Origin: Candidatus Poribacteria bacterium | GTDB lineage: Bacteria; Poribacteria; WGA-4E; WGA-3G | Direction of reading: 5' to 3' | Length of the DNA: 64,000 nt | Assembly: GCA_022821965.1 (NCBI GenBank) | Contig: JAJECN010000037.1 | Location: forward strand, 145,656 to 209,655 | Part shown: in pieces, positions 1 through 9,078 of the stretch | Layout: the number at the start of each line of letters is the position of its first letter | How positions within the stretch are numbered: the first letter of the stretch is position 1 | Notes under the pieces: generated by a model | Database searches by the model: none | What the model saw: the letters and a program-made list of their open reading frames with translations, nothing else | What the model was told of the DNA's origin: nothing | Program-made: the position numbers and the translations under genes

Positions 1-6
1 TTTTTA

Positions 7-194
7 TAGTTGTCAGTTGTCGGTTATCAGTTGTCAGTGAAGAGATTTCCTAATAACAATTCACTGTTTCTTAGCGGACATCAAGAATGTAAAGCATTCT
101 CACTGCGAAGCAAAATTTGGTTTCCGCGTTTGGGCAAAATTTTGGTAGATTGTTACAAAAGTGCCTCTTAACCGACGACTGATAACCGATAACC
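7..194. repeat. Composite heptad-arm palindromic element, copy 1
   Basis: Left arm 7-38 is tandem 7-mers (TAGTTGTCAGTTGTCGGTTATCAGTTGTCAGT), followed by GAAGAG at 39-44. On the right, CCTCTT at 164-169 is followed by inverted heptads AACCGACGACTGATAACCGATAACC at 170-194. The element abuts the stop codon (196-198) of the minus-strand gene. Confidence 0.8.
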
Positions 195-195
195 A

Positions 196-1005
196 TTAAA
201 AAGTATACCGCAATCCGTTAAAAATTTCTACATCATGTTTTCGGATGCCGGTAGGAGGTTCACTGTCGTATCGAACATTCACTCGGAGCGGGAAGGCTAA
301 CTTCGTTGTCAGGCTGAACGTGATACTCCCTTGAAAAAGAATGCGGTAATCTTGAAAACGCTGGACATGGACCTGATAATAACCCGTAGCACTCGTTGTA
401 ATGCGTTCATCCAACTTCCCTGTCCAATTGATATAGTTGGTTGACCGAACAATATGAGTTGTGATTTCACCGCGCTTTGCGTCATTGATACGTTCGTGCT
501 CCCACATCGCACCGATACCGAGATACACATTAAATCTGGAATCTCGTGGATGCGAAGCGAACCTAACACCACCGCCTGCTAAATTTCGGTCGTTTAGTAG
601 AATGGATTCATTGAATTGTTTCTGGACAAAAGACTCAACAAGCACATGCTGCGTGAGGCTTCGGATAATCCGCGCGTGTGCCATACCCTTGTTTACAAAA
701 AACACATCATCTTTTCTCCCTTGCTGGAGGCTTCCAAAAACAAAGCCGTGATACGTTTTTGTGAGATAATCTGAACGAAATCGGGTTCGCGTTGTGAGCA
801 GGTCCGAATTGCCAGAGCGGTAGGTTAAATCCAAGGTAATGCTGTTATACCAACCGGATTCCAACTGCATCTGTTTCATTGTCTCACCCGTGAAGATATT
901 CACTTGTGCCGCGAGCGGAGAACAAGAAAAAAGAAGTAAGACAAAACAGATACCGGCAACTCGTCTGTACCTGTCTGGACTTGAGGCATCGTTAGTAAAA
1001 TTCAT
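196..1005 (-). CDS. DUF481-family outer-membrane beta-barrel protein (YdiY-like)
   Basis: From ORF 196..1098. It shows an alternating beta-strand pattern and an aromatic C-terminus (...GLRYTF) typical of DUF481/OMP barrels. I moved the start to ATG 1005 (MNFTND...), which is followed by a signal-like segment ICFVLLLFSCSPLAAQ. The longer ORF would touch the divergent gene at 1098. Confidence 0.7.
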   Translation of the reverse strand: MNFTNDASSPDRYRRVAGICFVLLLFSCSPLAAQVNIFTGETMKQMQLESGWYNSITLDLTYRSGNSDLLTTRTRFRSDYLTKTYHGFVFGSLQQGRKDDVFFVNKGMAHARIIRSLTQHVLVESFVQKQFNESILLNDRNLAGGGVRFASHPRDSRFNVYLGIGAMWEHERINDAKRGEITTHIVRSTNYINWTGKLDERITTSATGYYQVHVQRFQDYRILFQGSITFSLTTKLAFPLRVNVRYDSEPPTGIRKHDVEIFNGLRYTF

Positions 1006-1097
1006 TGAATAAAATCGTTCTTTAATTGGACAAAATCGTTCCATAATGGTAAAATCGCTAAAGCGTAAATACAAAACACAATATAGGAAAACAAACA

Positions 1098-2060
1098 ATG
1101 CAACGAATCCTTATAGACACAGATCCCGGTGTAGATGATGCGCTCGCGATTCTTTTCGCAATGCTCTCACCTGAATTACACATAGAAGCAATAACAACTG
1201 TCTGCGGAAATGTCTCGGTTGAGCAAGCGACACAGAATTTATTCACTATTTTCGGGTTGCTTGACTTAAATGAATATCCCGTTATTGCACAAGGTGAAGC
1301 ACAACCGCTTGTCAAGCCCCTCGTGACAGCGACGCATGTTCATGGTGATGATGGGTTAGGCAATACGAATTACTTGATAAACGCTGATGACAACCCAGTG
1401 TATATTCCTGCCGATATAGACCCTTCATCACTGTCAGGTGTTGATCTCATCCTTGAGATGGCAGCACGCTATCCTGATGACCTGATCATCGTAGCCCTCG
1501 GTCCGTTGACGAATCTGGCAAAAGCGATCCGTAAAGATCCTACTAAGATGCAAAGGCTTCGGAGGATTGTGATGATGGGTGGTGCTTTTGAAGCATACGG
1601 TAATGTCACAACAACAGCAGAATTTAACATCTTTGTCGATCCACATGCCGCCCATGAGGTCTTCCAATTCGGTGTGCCTATTCATATTGTCCCGCTTGAT
1701 GCAACACACCAAGTTGTCTTAACCGGTGAACGGCTGCACGCCGAAATTGAGAATAGAGAGGATACGGTTTCGTGCTTCCTCTGGGATGCTACACAAGCCT
1801 GCATGGAATTTTACCGCCAACGCGTTGGATTCTGGGGCCTTCATATCCACGACGCACTCCCGATCGGTATGCTAACGCATCCAGAGTATTTTGAAAGTGT
1901 CGATGCAAACGTACAAGTCGAAACCACAAGTAAGTTAACAAATGGTATGACAGTTGCCGATCTGCGACCTGAACGCCGACCTCGGAATCCGAATGCACAC
2001 GTCTGCATCAAGGTGGCTACCGAGGCATTCTTAGATATCTTTTTCGAGCGACTTCAGTGA
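1098..2060 (+). CDS. Nucleoside hydrolase (inosine/uridine-preferring, IUNH family)
   Basis: 320 aa. The N-terminal aspartate cluster DTDPGVDDALAI is the IU-nucleoside hydrolase fingerprint. Ends with TGA at 2058-2060. Confidence 0.9.
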   Translation: MQRILIDTDPGVDDALAILFAMLSPELHIEAITTVCGNVSVEQATQNLFTIFGLLDLNEYPVIAQGEAQPLVKPLVTATHVHGDDGLGNTNYLINADDNPVYIPADIDPSSLSGVDLILEMAARYPDDLIIVALGPLTNLAKAIRKDPTKMQRLRRIVMMGGAFEAYGNVTTTAEFNIFVDPHAAHEVFQFGVPIHIVPLDATHQVVLTGERLHAEIENREDTVSCFLWDATQACMEFYRQRVGFWGLHIHDALPIGMLTHPEYFESVDANVQVETTSKLTNGMTVADLRPERRPRNPNAHVCIKVATEAFLDIFFERLQ

Positions 2061-2064
2061 AATA

Positions 2065-3348
2065 CTACTGCTTTATATCCGCGGCGATAGGAAATCTCGG
2101 AGACTGGCAGTTTGTTCTGAATTGATTACATTCAAATACTACATTTTGATTGTTCTTGCCACGGATTAATGCTGCGTTTCCATCGGTTTGGAAGTTGTTG
2201 TTATGGAAGCGAATATTACGAATCCCATCACTCGTACAGTCAACCGCGGCGGGGGAACTGGCGGCAGCTTGTGCCATGTAGATTGTATTTGCGTAAAAAG
2301 TCGTATCCGTGATACCACCGTTCGCACCAGTTGACCAGAGATGAACGCCGCCGTAACGGTTCCGTCTGCCATCGTTCACACTCACGTTATGGTGGAGAAT
2401 GTTACTGTAAAATGCACGGGCACCGCTGAATTGCGCTAACAGATACCCAGGTCCATCATTGTCGTGCGAATAGTTATACTGAACAATCGAATTCCGCACC
2501 CCGCCGTCCAGATCAAACCCACCGCCATCTTTGCCGCTACCGGTGCGATTGTGATGGGATTCGTTGAACTGAAAGATAACACGATCCGCATCCCATGCCC
2601 AAATACCAACAGGTCCACCGCCTTCATAATCGTTTAAGCCCCCGTTCTCGTAGGCACGGCAGTGTTCAATCAGAGCACCCTCAACCTGTGCCAAGACAAT
2701 GCCGTTCCCTGAATGACGCTCTTTTCCGGGGATGCCGACGTTTCTGTAAGCACTACACTTACCAATATAAAAGTCAGCATGTGCATAACCTTCGCGCTCT
2801 GGATTCCAAGCACCGATACAATTGATCCCTGCATCGCCGTTGTCATGACTCATAGTGTGCGTAACCCTAACATCACGAAATCCGCTCCAACTCCGATCCG
2901 CTGGCTCCGCTGTGAAACAGATGCCGGAGTCTTTGAAGCCACTAACATCGACACAATGGATCCGAATATCCGTCAACTTAACGCCTTCAAGCAGCGTATT
3001 GACAAACAAAATGCCGGAACCGGCATTCTTTGACGCGCCAGCACCGACAAAATCGAGCCCTACGAGATGGACACCTCCCACATTCCTCGCGAGGAAACCG
3101 GTGCCGCACCCCGCATCAATAATTGCTCTACCGGAACCATAGGAACCGAAAGTTAGTGGCATGTCTTCTAAAGGCACCCCTTCACCTATCAGACAGAGAT
3201 TTCCAAAGAAGGTCTGATTGGCGTGAAACCGGACAGAATCACCAGGTAACAATTGCGCGGCGTTTACCCGTTCAATACTTCGCCACGGGTACGTTTCGGA
3301 CGTACCAACGTTAGAATCATCGCCAAATAAACTAACATAATACTTCAT
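2065..3348 (-). CDS. Right-handed parallel beta-helix repeat protein (pectate-lyase-like fold)
   Basis: 427 aa. The N-terminus MKYYVS..GDDSNVGTSETYPWRSIERV...PGDSV is typical of the family. G/N/D-rich ~22-aa repeats run throughout. Confidence 0.7.
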   Translation of the reverse strand: MKYYVSLFGDDSNVGTSETYPWRSIERVNAAQLLPGDSVRFHANQTFFGNLCLIGEGVPLEDMPLTFGSYGSGRAIIDAGCGTGFLARNVGGVHLVGLDFVGAGASKNAGSGILFVNTLLEGVKLTDIRIHCVDVSGFKDSGICFTAEPADRSWSGFRDVRVTHTMSHDNGDAGINCIGAWNPEREGYAHADFYIGKCSAYRNVGIPGKERHSGNGIVLAQVEGALIEHCRAYENGGLNDYEGGGPVGIWAWDADRVIFQFNESHHNRTGSGKDGGGFDLDGGVRNSIVQYNYSHDNDGPGYLLAQFSGARAFYSNILHHNVSVNDGRRNRYGGVHLWSTGANGGITDTTFYANTIYMAQAAASSPAAVDCTSDGIRNIRFHNNNFQTDGNAALIRGKNNQNVVFECNQFRTNCQSPRFPIAADIKQ

Positions 3349-3357
3349 TGGAGACGC

Positions 3358-3879
3358 TCAGAATACGTTCACGCCACCAAGCGGATGGTTCGGAATATAG
3401 CGGAGATCGTTGTAGGGGTCGCGCTGGAGCATCATCGGCACCTCTAATTTAGGGAGTTTCAGTTCAGCGAATTTAATGCGTTGCTCAGGGGTAAGTTCCG
3501 CAGCGATTTCCTCAATTAGGTCCTTAATCTCGTCGATAAAGATTTCACGCTGCTTCAGAAATTTCCGCGCCTCGTCTCTGAATGCATTCAGTTCCCGACG
3601 GCTCCGACTATCCCTGAACCCATCCTCGTATCGACCGTACTGGCGTTGCGTTAGACCCGCACGAAACACCTGATAATCCACCTCTAACTGCTTTTTCTCA
3701 AAATCGTAATCTTCAACAATGTCGCGGATTAGCTTCAGTTTTGGATGAATTACCTGCTGTTGTGTTGTCGTGAGTTGCAACGCGGCGGAACTTTTGGAAA
3801 CGTCAATTAACTTGAGTCCACCACAGGCTTGCAAAAAACCGCAGAGGAGCAAAATGAGGAGCACGCGTCCGTTTCCCAT
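3358..3879 (-). CDS. Lipoprotein, Spy/CpxP-like (LTXXQ motif) periplasmic protein
   Basis: Signal peptide with a lipobox-like FLQAC, then a helical charged body carrying LTQRQ and LTPEQ motifs. Confidence 0.5.
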   Translation of the reverse strand: MGNGRVLLILLLCGFLQACGGLKLIDVSKSSAALQLTTTQQQVIHPKLKLIRDIVEDYDFEKKQLEVDYQVFRAGLTQRQYGRYEDGFRDSRSRRELNAFRDEARKFLKQREIFIDEIKDLIEEIAAELTPEQRIKFAELKLPKLEVPMMLQRDPYNDLRYIPNHPLGGVNVF

Positions 3880-3918
3880 GATTCAGCCTCCTTATACAGG
3901 TAGATGTCCCGCTCAGCC

Positions 3919-5430
3919 TTAATTCCCTAAATCGTACAACTCTCCATATTTTGTTTGGAGATATGCCATATAGGGTTCAATCGACAGAGGACTTCCGGTC
4001 GCACGTTCAACGATTTCCGGTGCCGTATACTTCGACCCGTGTTGATAAAGATTCGCCTTTAACCAATCGTGGAGTGTATCGAACTCACCCTTCTCAATTT
4101 CAGACGGAATTTCAGGACGCGCTTCGCTTGCAGCCGAGAAGAACTGTGCCCCCAAGATATTACCTAACGTATAGCCCTGAAATGAACCACCAATCAACCC
4201 AAAATACCAATGCACATCTTGCAAAACACCGTCTTTGTCGTCCGGTGGCACAATGCCGAAATCCGCTTCAAATCGTTCGCGCCACGCATCCGGTAAATCT
4301 TGAATCTCCAGGTTGCCTTCTAAAAGTGCCAACTCGAAATCGAAACGCAACATAACGTGTAGATTGTAGGTGACTTCATCCGCATTTGTCCGAATGAGGG
4401 AGCGTTCGACTTTATTAATCGCTCGGTGAAATGTATCTAAGGAGACAGAACCGAGCTGCTCCGGAAAAACACCTTGAAGTTGCGGATAGAAGTGTTGCCA
4501 AAATCCTCGGCTGCGTCCAACGATATTCTCCCAAAGTCGTGATTGACTTTCATGCACACCGGATGAGGTGCCACCAGCAAGGGGTGTGCCTTCCAAATCC
4601 ATGCGGATGCCTTGTTCATACAACGCGTGTCCGGTTTCGTGCAGCGTGCTGAACAACGCATCGCCGAGGAAATCCTCCTTTGTACGGGTTGTGATCCTCA
4701 CGTCCCCGAGTGAGAACTTCGTCATAAACGGATGGTGCGTTTTATCCTGCCGTCCCCGATTCAGATCGTAACCAAATTTCTGGGCAACGTTCATACCGAA
4801 CGCCAGTTGTTTCTCTTCAGGAAAGTATTGGTGCAAACACGAATCGTCGGCGAGAGCCTGCGACGTGATAGCAGACACAACCGGAACAAGTTCTTGGCGC
4901 AGCGCGGCAAAGACGCTCCGAACATCCGCCGCTTTCATGCCGTAATCGCTGTATTCAATGAGCGGATCTGCGATGTGTTCGTATCCCGGAAAGAAGTCGG
5001 CAGCCTGTCGGCTATATTCCAATGTTTTCTCCAGGTAGGGACGCACCCGCTCAAAGTCGTTTGCCGGACGTGCTTCAGTCCACACTTGATAGGATTCCGA
5101 TGTATGGTTTGTTACCTCCGCCATGAATTCAGCGGGGATTTTCGTTGAGCGTTCGTAACTTCTACGCGTAACACGGAGGAAACTCGCATCGTCCGAATCG
5201 TAAGCGAGACTTTTTTCGTAAGGTTCTAAAGCGTCAAGCAGCCTTCCAATTTCTGGGTCTGTGAATTTTTCGTGCGATAACCGGCTCAGCGTAGCACTTT
5301 GACGGGCACGAGCAGCGGCACCGCCGGGTGGCATGTAGGTAGATTGATCCCAATAGAGCAGTCCAGCGGCGGACGATATATCATTCGCCTCAAGCAGGCG
5401 GGTTTTGAGTTCTTGAAATTTGGATTGCAC
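3919..5430 (-). CDS. Carboxypeptidase Taq-type metallopeptidase (M32 family)
   Basis: 503 aa. HETGHALYEQG contains the HEXXH zinc site in the M32 context, and the protein is colinear with M32 over its whole length. Confidence 0.9.
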   Translation of the reverse strand: MQSKFQELKTRLLEANDISSAAGLLYWDQSTYMPPGGAAARARQSATLSRLSHEKFTDPEIGRLLDALEPYEKSLAYDSDDASFLRVTRRSYERSTKIPAEFMAEVTNHTSESYQVWTEARPANDFERVRPYLEKTLEYSRQAADFFPGYEHIADPLIEYSDYGMKAADVRSVFAALRQELVPVVSAITSQALADDSCLHQYFPEEKQLAFGMNVAQKFGYDLNRGRQDKTHHPFMTKFSLGDVRITTRTKEDFLGDALFSTLHETGHALYEQGIRMDLEGTPLAGGTSSGVHESQSRLWENIVGRSRGFWQHFYPQLQGVFPEQLGSVSLDTFHRAINKVERSLIRTNADEVTYNLHVMLRFDFELALLEGNLEIQDLPDAWRERFEADFGIVPPDDKDGVLQDVHWYFGLIGGSFQGYTLGNILGAQFFSAASEARPEIPSEIEKGEFDTLHDWLKANLYQHGSKYTAPEIVERATGSPLSIEPYMAYLQTKYGELYDLGN

Positions 5431-5869
5431 AATATCTCCCCTATTCTATTGCGTTACAGTATATCTGGCGCGTGTATTTCCCGATAAAATCCGTTTCACA
5501 ATTCTAACACAATCGACTCCAAAAATCAATGGTGAATTATCAAAAGCGAAAACGTCCGATCCGCTTTATGAACGCGGGGGTTAAAAAACCACAAAAATCA
5601 AACACCACAGAAAACTACAGAATTTTCGGATCTCTCAAAATTGAGCGAAAACCCAAGCTGTGAGAGGGCTGAGAAGCGATTTTGGAAAAATTTCATGGCG
5701 GTTAAAATGGTCAAATTTCTGTGGTGAATTTGAGAGGTAATTCCGTACCTGAAGACGATAAAAGGCGAAGGTAGTAGCAACTTTGAAAGGCAATAAGACG
5801 GATATGTGAATTATAAATATACTATATGTTAACTTTCATAATGCGTATAGATATGAAAATTATTCAATG

Positions 5870-6116
5870 ATTTATACACCAACACAATGGCGAGGATACA
5901 TGAAGATTAAGCATTTAATCGGGTAATTTTTTCCGCTGTCCGGTGCGGTTGGAATGCAGATCGCATTTGGGCGAGTACGCCGCAAAACCGCACCTACCGG
6001 GCTTGGGAGAGCATAGAATTACCCAAATATTTTATTAAACTTCATCAATCCTCGCCAGCGGCGGTGGGATGTTGCTCTTTGACGAACTGTAAACATATTT
6101 TTAGATTTTACTATAA
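5870..6116 (+). repeat. MITE-like dispersed element, copy A, with a nested 154-nt palindromic segment
   Basis: ATTTATACACCAACAC..GGCGAGG [5896-6049] CCTCGCCAGCGGCGGTGGG...GAACTGTAAACATATTT..TACTATAA aligns base-for-base with the reverse complement of 40965-41063. The exception is the GGCGAGG/CCTCGCC hairpin loop, which is 7 nt in copy B and 154 nt here. Confidence 0.75.
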
Positions 6117-6152
6117 AATTCCGAATTTTGTCTTATTTTCGTAACAATTGCG

Positions 6153-6161
6153 TGCTATAAT
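6153..6161 (+). promoter_or_regulatory. Possible extended -10 (TGCTATAAT) upstream of pstS
   Basis: TGC + TATAAT lies about 20-35 nt upstream of the pstS start candidates. There is no good -35 and no recognisable Pho box. Confidence 0.3.
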
Positions 6162-6178
6162 TTAGGTTAGAATTTAGT

Positions 6179-7114
6179 ATGAGAGGTAGATTGATGCGAA
6201 TAAGCGGTCGGGTCGGGTACACGACTACATGCTTCCTTGTCGTCTTGACATGCAGCTTGGTTATAATCGGTTGTTCACCTAAGGATGATGCAAGCGTTGC
6301 AAAGACAGAAGGAACACAATTCACCATCAAAAATAAAGGCTCGGATACGATGGTGAATTTGGCACAAGCATGGGCAGAAAAATACACGGGAATCAGTAGC
6401 ACAGCATCAGTAGAGGTGTCAGGTGGAGGTTCTGGTACAGGTGTCGCGGCACTCATCAATGGCACGGTAGACATTGCGAACTGTAGTCGCCAAATCAAAC
6501 CGAAAGAGTTAGAACTCGCGACGCAAAACACCGGTAAAACCCCACAAGAATTTATTGTCGGCTACGATGCCCTTGCAGTCTATGTTCATCAAGACACCCC
6601 CATCGACAAAATTACAATTACGCAACTCGCCGAAATTTATGGCGAGAACGGCACAATAACCAAATGGAGCGACCTCGGTATCTCGCATAGCGACTGCCCA
6701 AGCGACAAGATTATTCGTATCAGTCGTCAATCTAATTCCGGCACTTATTTCTACTTTCGGGAGGCACTTCTCGGCAAAAGCCGTGATTTTGGCATCGGTT
6801 CTTTGGATCTACACGGTTCTAAGGATGTCGTAGAAGTTGTTGGAAGGACCCCATGTGCTATCGGCTATAGCGGAATGGGGTATGCAACTTCCCATGTAAA
6901 AATGTTAGAGGTTGCCGCTGATTCGGATTCGCCTTATTACCCGCCGAATCTTGAAAATGTCCTTGCCAAAACCTATCCTATCGCGCGTCCCTTGTACATG
7001 TATTCCCTCGGTGAACCTACAGGAGAAGTTAAGAGGTACCTCGACTGGATTTTGTCCGCAGAAGGGCAAAAGATCGTTGAGAAACTCGGCTTTGTACCGT
7101 TAGAAAGTAAGTAA
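6179..7114 (+). CDS. pstS: Phosphate ABC transporter substrate-binding lipoprotein PstS
   Basis: PBP-like fold motifs GSDTMVNLAQAW and GGGSGTG, plus a lipobox IIGC. The true start is probably ATG 6194, preceded by GAGAGG at 6181-6186. Confidence 0.9.
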   Translation: MRGRLMRISGRVGYTTTCFLVVLTCSLVIIGCSPKDDASVAKTEGTQFTIKNKGSDTMVNLAQAWAEKYTGISSTASVEVSGGGSGTGVAALINGTVDIANCSRQIKPKELELATQNTGKTPQEFIVGYDALAVYVHQDTPIDKITITQLAEIYGENGTITKWSDLGISHSDCPSDKIIRISRQSNSGTYFYFREALLGKSRDFGIGSLDLHGSKDVVEVVGRTPCAIGYSGMGYATSHVKMLEVAADSDSPYYPPNLENVLAKTYPIARPLYMYSLGEPTGEVKRYLDWILSAEGQKIVEKLGFVPLESK

Positions 7115-7122
7115 CAACAAAT

Positions 7123-8031
7123 ATGAACATCCTACGCAAAAAAAGCACGGCGAATCTGCCGTTTTCCGAGACCGCGATTGAATTGTTTATCCGCCTATGT
7201 GGCATTAGCTCAATCATTTTTGTATTTGGTATCTTCTTCTTCGTGTTCCGGGAGGGAGCCGGTTTCCTTTTCGGTGGTTTAGATCTCGGACAGTTTCTAA
7301 CAAGCGTAGAGTGGCAACCAACTTCACTGAACAATAAACGATATGGTGCCTTCGCTTTGATTGTCGGGACCTTTAGCGTCACCGTCTTAGCGATGTGTAT
7401 CGCTGTCCCATTTGGACTTGGGGCAGCAATCTTTGTATCGGAGTTCTGTAGCCCAAAACTGAGAGAAGCTTTTAAGATCATCATCGAATTGCTCGCCGCC
7501 ATCCCTTCTGTTGTGTGGGGATTCATCGGATTGACCTTGATGAATCAATTGATTATCACAGTGTTCAAAGCTCCAATTGGTTTAACAATGCTCAATGGTG
7601 GCATCATGTTGGCATTAATGAGTGTGCCTATCATCGTCTCTATAGCGGAAGACGCGCTAAAAGCCGTACCAGATTCCTATCGTGAAGCGGCGGAAGCACT
7701 CGGCGCAACCCGGTGGCAGGTAACCTACCGCGTGCTTCTCCCCGCGGCAAAAAATGGACTATTGGCAGCAGTATTGCTCGGTGCCGCACGTTCTATCGGT
7801 GAAACGATGGCGGTTCTTATGGCAACAGGACACTCCGTGAACATTCCATCAGGACCTCTCTCTTGGATTCGCACACTTACAGCGACAATCGCCGCCGAAT
7901 TAGGCGAAGTCGCGAGAGGCGATGAACACTATCAAGTCCTCTTTATTATCGGTATTCTGCTTTTCACCATCACGTTTGTGGTGAACCTCATTGCCGATTT
8001 AGTGATTAAAGGTATCCGTCAAGAGCAATAA
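7123..8031 (+). CDS. pstC: Phosphate ABC transporter permease PstC
   Basis: 302 aa, multi-TM. EAA-type loop EAAEALGATRWQV. Sits immediately after pstS. Confidence 0.9.
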   Translation: MNILRKKSTANLPFSETAIELFIRLCGISSIIFVFGIFFFVFREGAGFLFGGLDLGQFLTSVEWQPTSLNNKRYGAFALIVGTFSVTVLAMCIAVPFGLGAAIFVSEFCSPKLREAFKIIIELLAAIPSVVWGFIGLTLMNQLIITVFKAPIGLTMLNGGIMLALMSVPIIVSIAEDALKAVPDSYREAAEALGATRWQVTYRVLLPAAKNGLLAAVLLGAARSIGETMAVLMATGHSVNIPSGPLSWIRTLTATIAAELGEVARGDEHYQVLFIIGILLFTITFVVNLIADLVIKGIRQEQ

Positions 8032-8057
8032 TATTAATTTAAGGATAACACGGAAAC

Positions 8058-8975
8058 ATGAACACCGATATGCAGGCATCACCGCAAACAATGTTCACCG
8101 AAACAGAAATCGGTAAACAGAAGCGCTGGATAGAGAACGGCATGCGTATTTTCTTCCTCGTGATGACGAGTCTGATGATTCTTCCGCTGCTTCTCATTAT
8201 CGGCTATCTCTTTTATAAGGCACTGCCGGTTCTCTCTTTCGAGTTTCTATTTACAAATCCGAAGGATAATATGCGAGCGGGTGGACTCTGGGCACCCTTC
8301 TTGGGTACCATCTATTTGGTAGTGGTTTCCTTATTAGTATCGGCACCCATCGGCGTGTTCGCAGCGGTGTATCTTAATGAGTACGCCCGTGAGAATTGGT
8401 TCACGCGTCTCACGAATTTAGCCGTTGTAAACCTTGCAGGCGTGCCGAGTATCGTTCATGCCTTGTTCGGTGTCGGGGCATTCGTGCTCTTTGCGGGTTT
8501 AGGTGAATCGATCTTAGCAGCCTCGCTCACATTGGCAATCATGACGCTTCCGGTAATTATCGCCAGCACAACGGAGGCACTCAAAGCCGTACCTATGTCT
8601 TTCCGAGAGGCATGTTGGAATCTTGGGGCGACCCGATGGCAAACGATTCGGCGCATCGTTATCCCAAACTCGATTAGCGGCATTTTGACGGGTGTTATAT
8701 TACAGGTATCGCGAGCAGCAGGTGAAACAGCACCTATTATGTTCACGGGCGCTGTCTTTTATAAAGCTATTGCAGAAGGAAACCTTTTTGCCTATAATAT
8801 AACAGAACAGTGTATGGCACTATCGCTGCACCTCTTTACAATCTCAACACAGGTCCCCGATGTTACAGAAGGCGTTCCGTACGGGACCGCAATTGTCCTT
8901 GTAGGCAGTGTTTTACTCGTCAATGCAGCAGCGATTGTGCTAAGGGTGTATCTCAGAACTCGGAAGAAGTGGTAG
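8058..8975 (+). CDS. pstA: Phosphate ABC transporter permease PstA
   Basis: 305 aa, multi-TM. REACWNLGATRWQTIRRIVIP and SRAAGETAPI are PstA-type motifs. Confidence 0.9.
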   Translation: MNTDMQASPQTMFTETEIGKQKRWIENGMRIFFLVMTSLMILPLLLIIGYLFYKALPVLSFEFLFTNPKDNMRAGGLWAPFLGTIYLVVVSLLVSAPIGVFAAVYLNEYARENWFTRLTNLAVVNLAGVPSIVHALFGVGAFVLFAGLGESILAASLTLAIMTLPVIIASTTEALKAVPMSFREACWNLGATRWQTIRRIVIPNSISGILTGVILQVSRAAGETAPIMFTGAVFYKAIAEGNLFAYNITEQCMALSLHLFTISTQVPDVTEGVPYGTAIVLVGSVLLVNAAAIVLRVYLRTRKKW

Positions 8976-8978
8976 AGT

Positions 8979-9078
8979 GGTTATCAGTTGTCAGTTGTCA
9001 GTTGTCAGTTAAAGAGACTTGTGGCAGGCAGCGTAATGATAAAGGACCACAATATCCCCGACTAATGACTGACAATTC
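8979..9078. repeat. Composite heptad-arm palindromic element, copy 2
   Basis: Left arm 8979-9010 is GGTTATCA(GTTGTCA)x3GTT, followed by AAAGAG at 9011-9016. The right arm GACTAATGACTGACAATTC (9060-9078) contains the channel start codon. Translation of the left arm (QLSVVSCQLSV) produces the spurious N-terminal extension of ORF 8810..9838. Confidence 0.8.

Noticed and set aside
5598-5780. 60-aa ORF and crossing inverted repeats (CACCACAGAAA 5603-5613 / TTTCTGTGGTG 5716-5726; TCTCTCAAAATT / AATTTGAGAG) in the carboxypeptidase-pstS spacer.
   Set aside because: The ORF has no RBS or recognisable family and lies in repeat-rich non-coding DNA. The repeats are noted, but I could not assign them to a consistent structure or family.
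8979-9010. TGTCA-containing heptads considered as Pho boxes for the pst operon.
   Set aside because: The same heptad arrays occur next to unrelated genes throughout the window (efp, accB, rdgB, CRTAC1-like genes). They are a dispersed repeat, not a pst-specific operator.
8810-9064. N-terminal extension of ORF 8810..9838. Similar extensions occur at 31213-31266, 38396-38533, 49804-49923, 58314-58454 and 60452-60493.
   Set aside because: These segments overlap the preceding gene, a terminator or a repeat element, and translate to low-complexity repeat peptides (QLSVVSCQLSV, WKERGKDG, FATSQFHNF). Internal starts with an RBS and signal peptides fit better.
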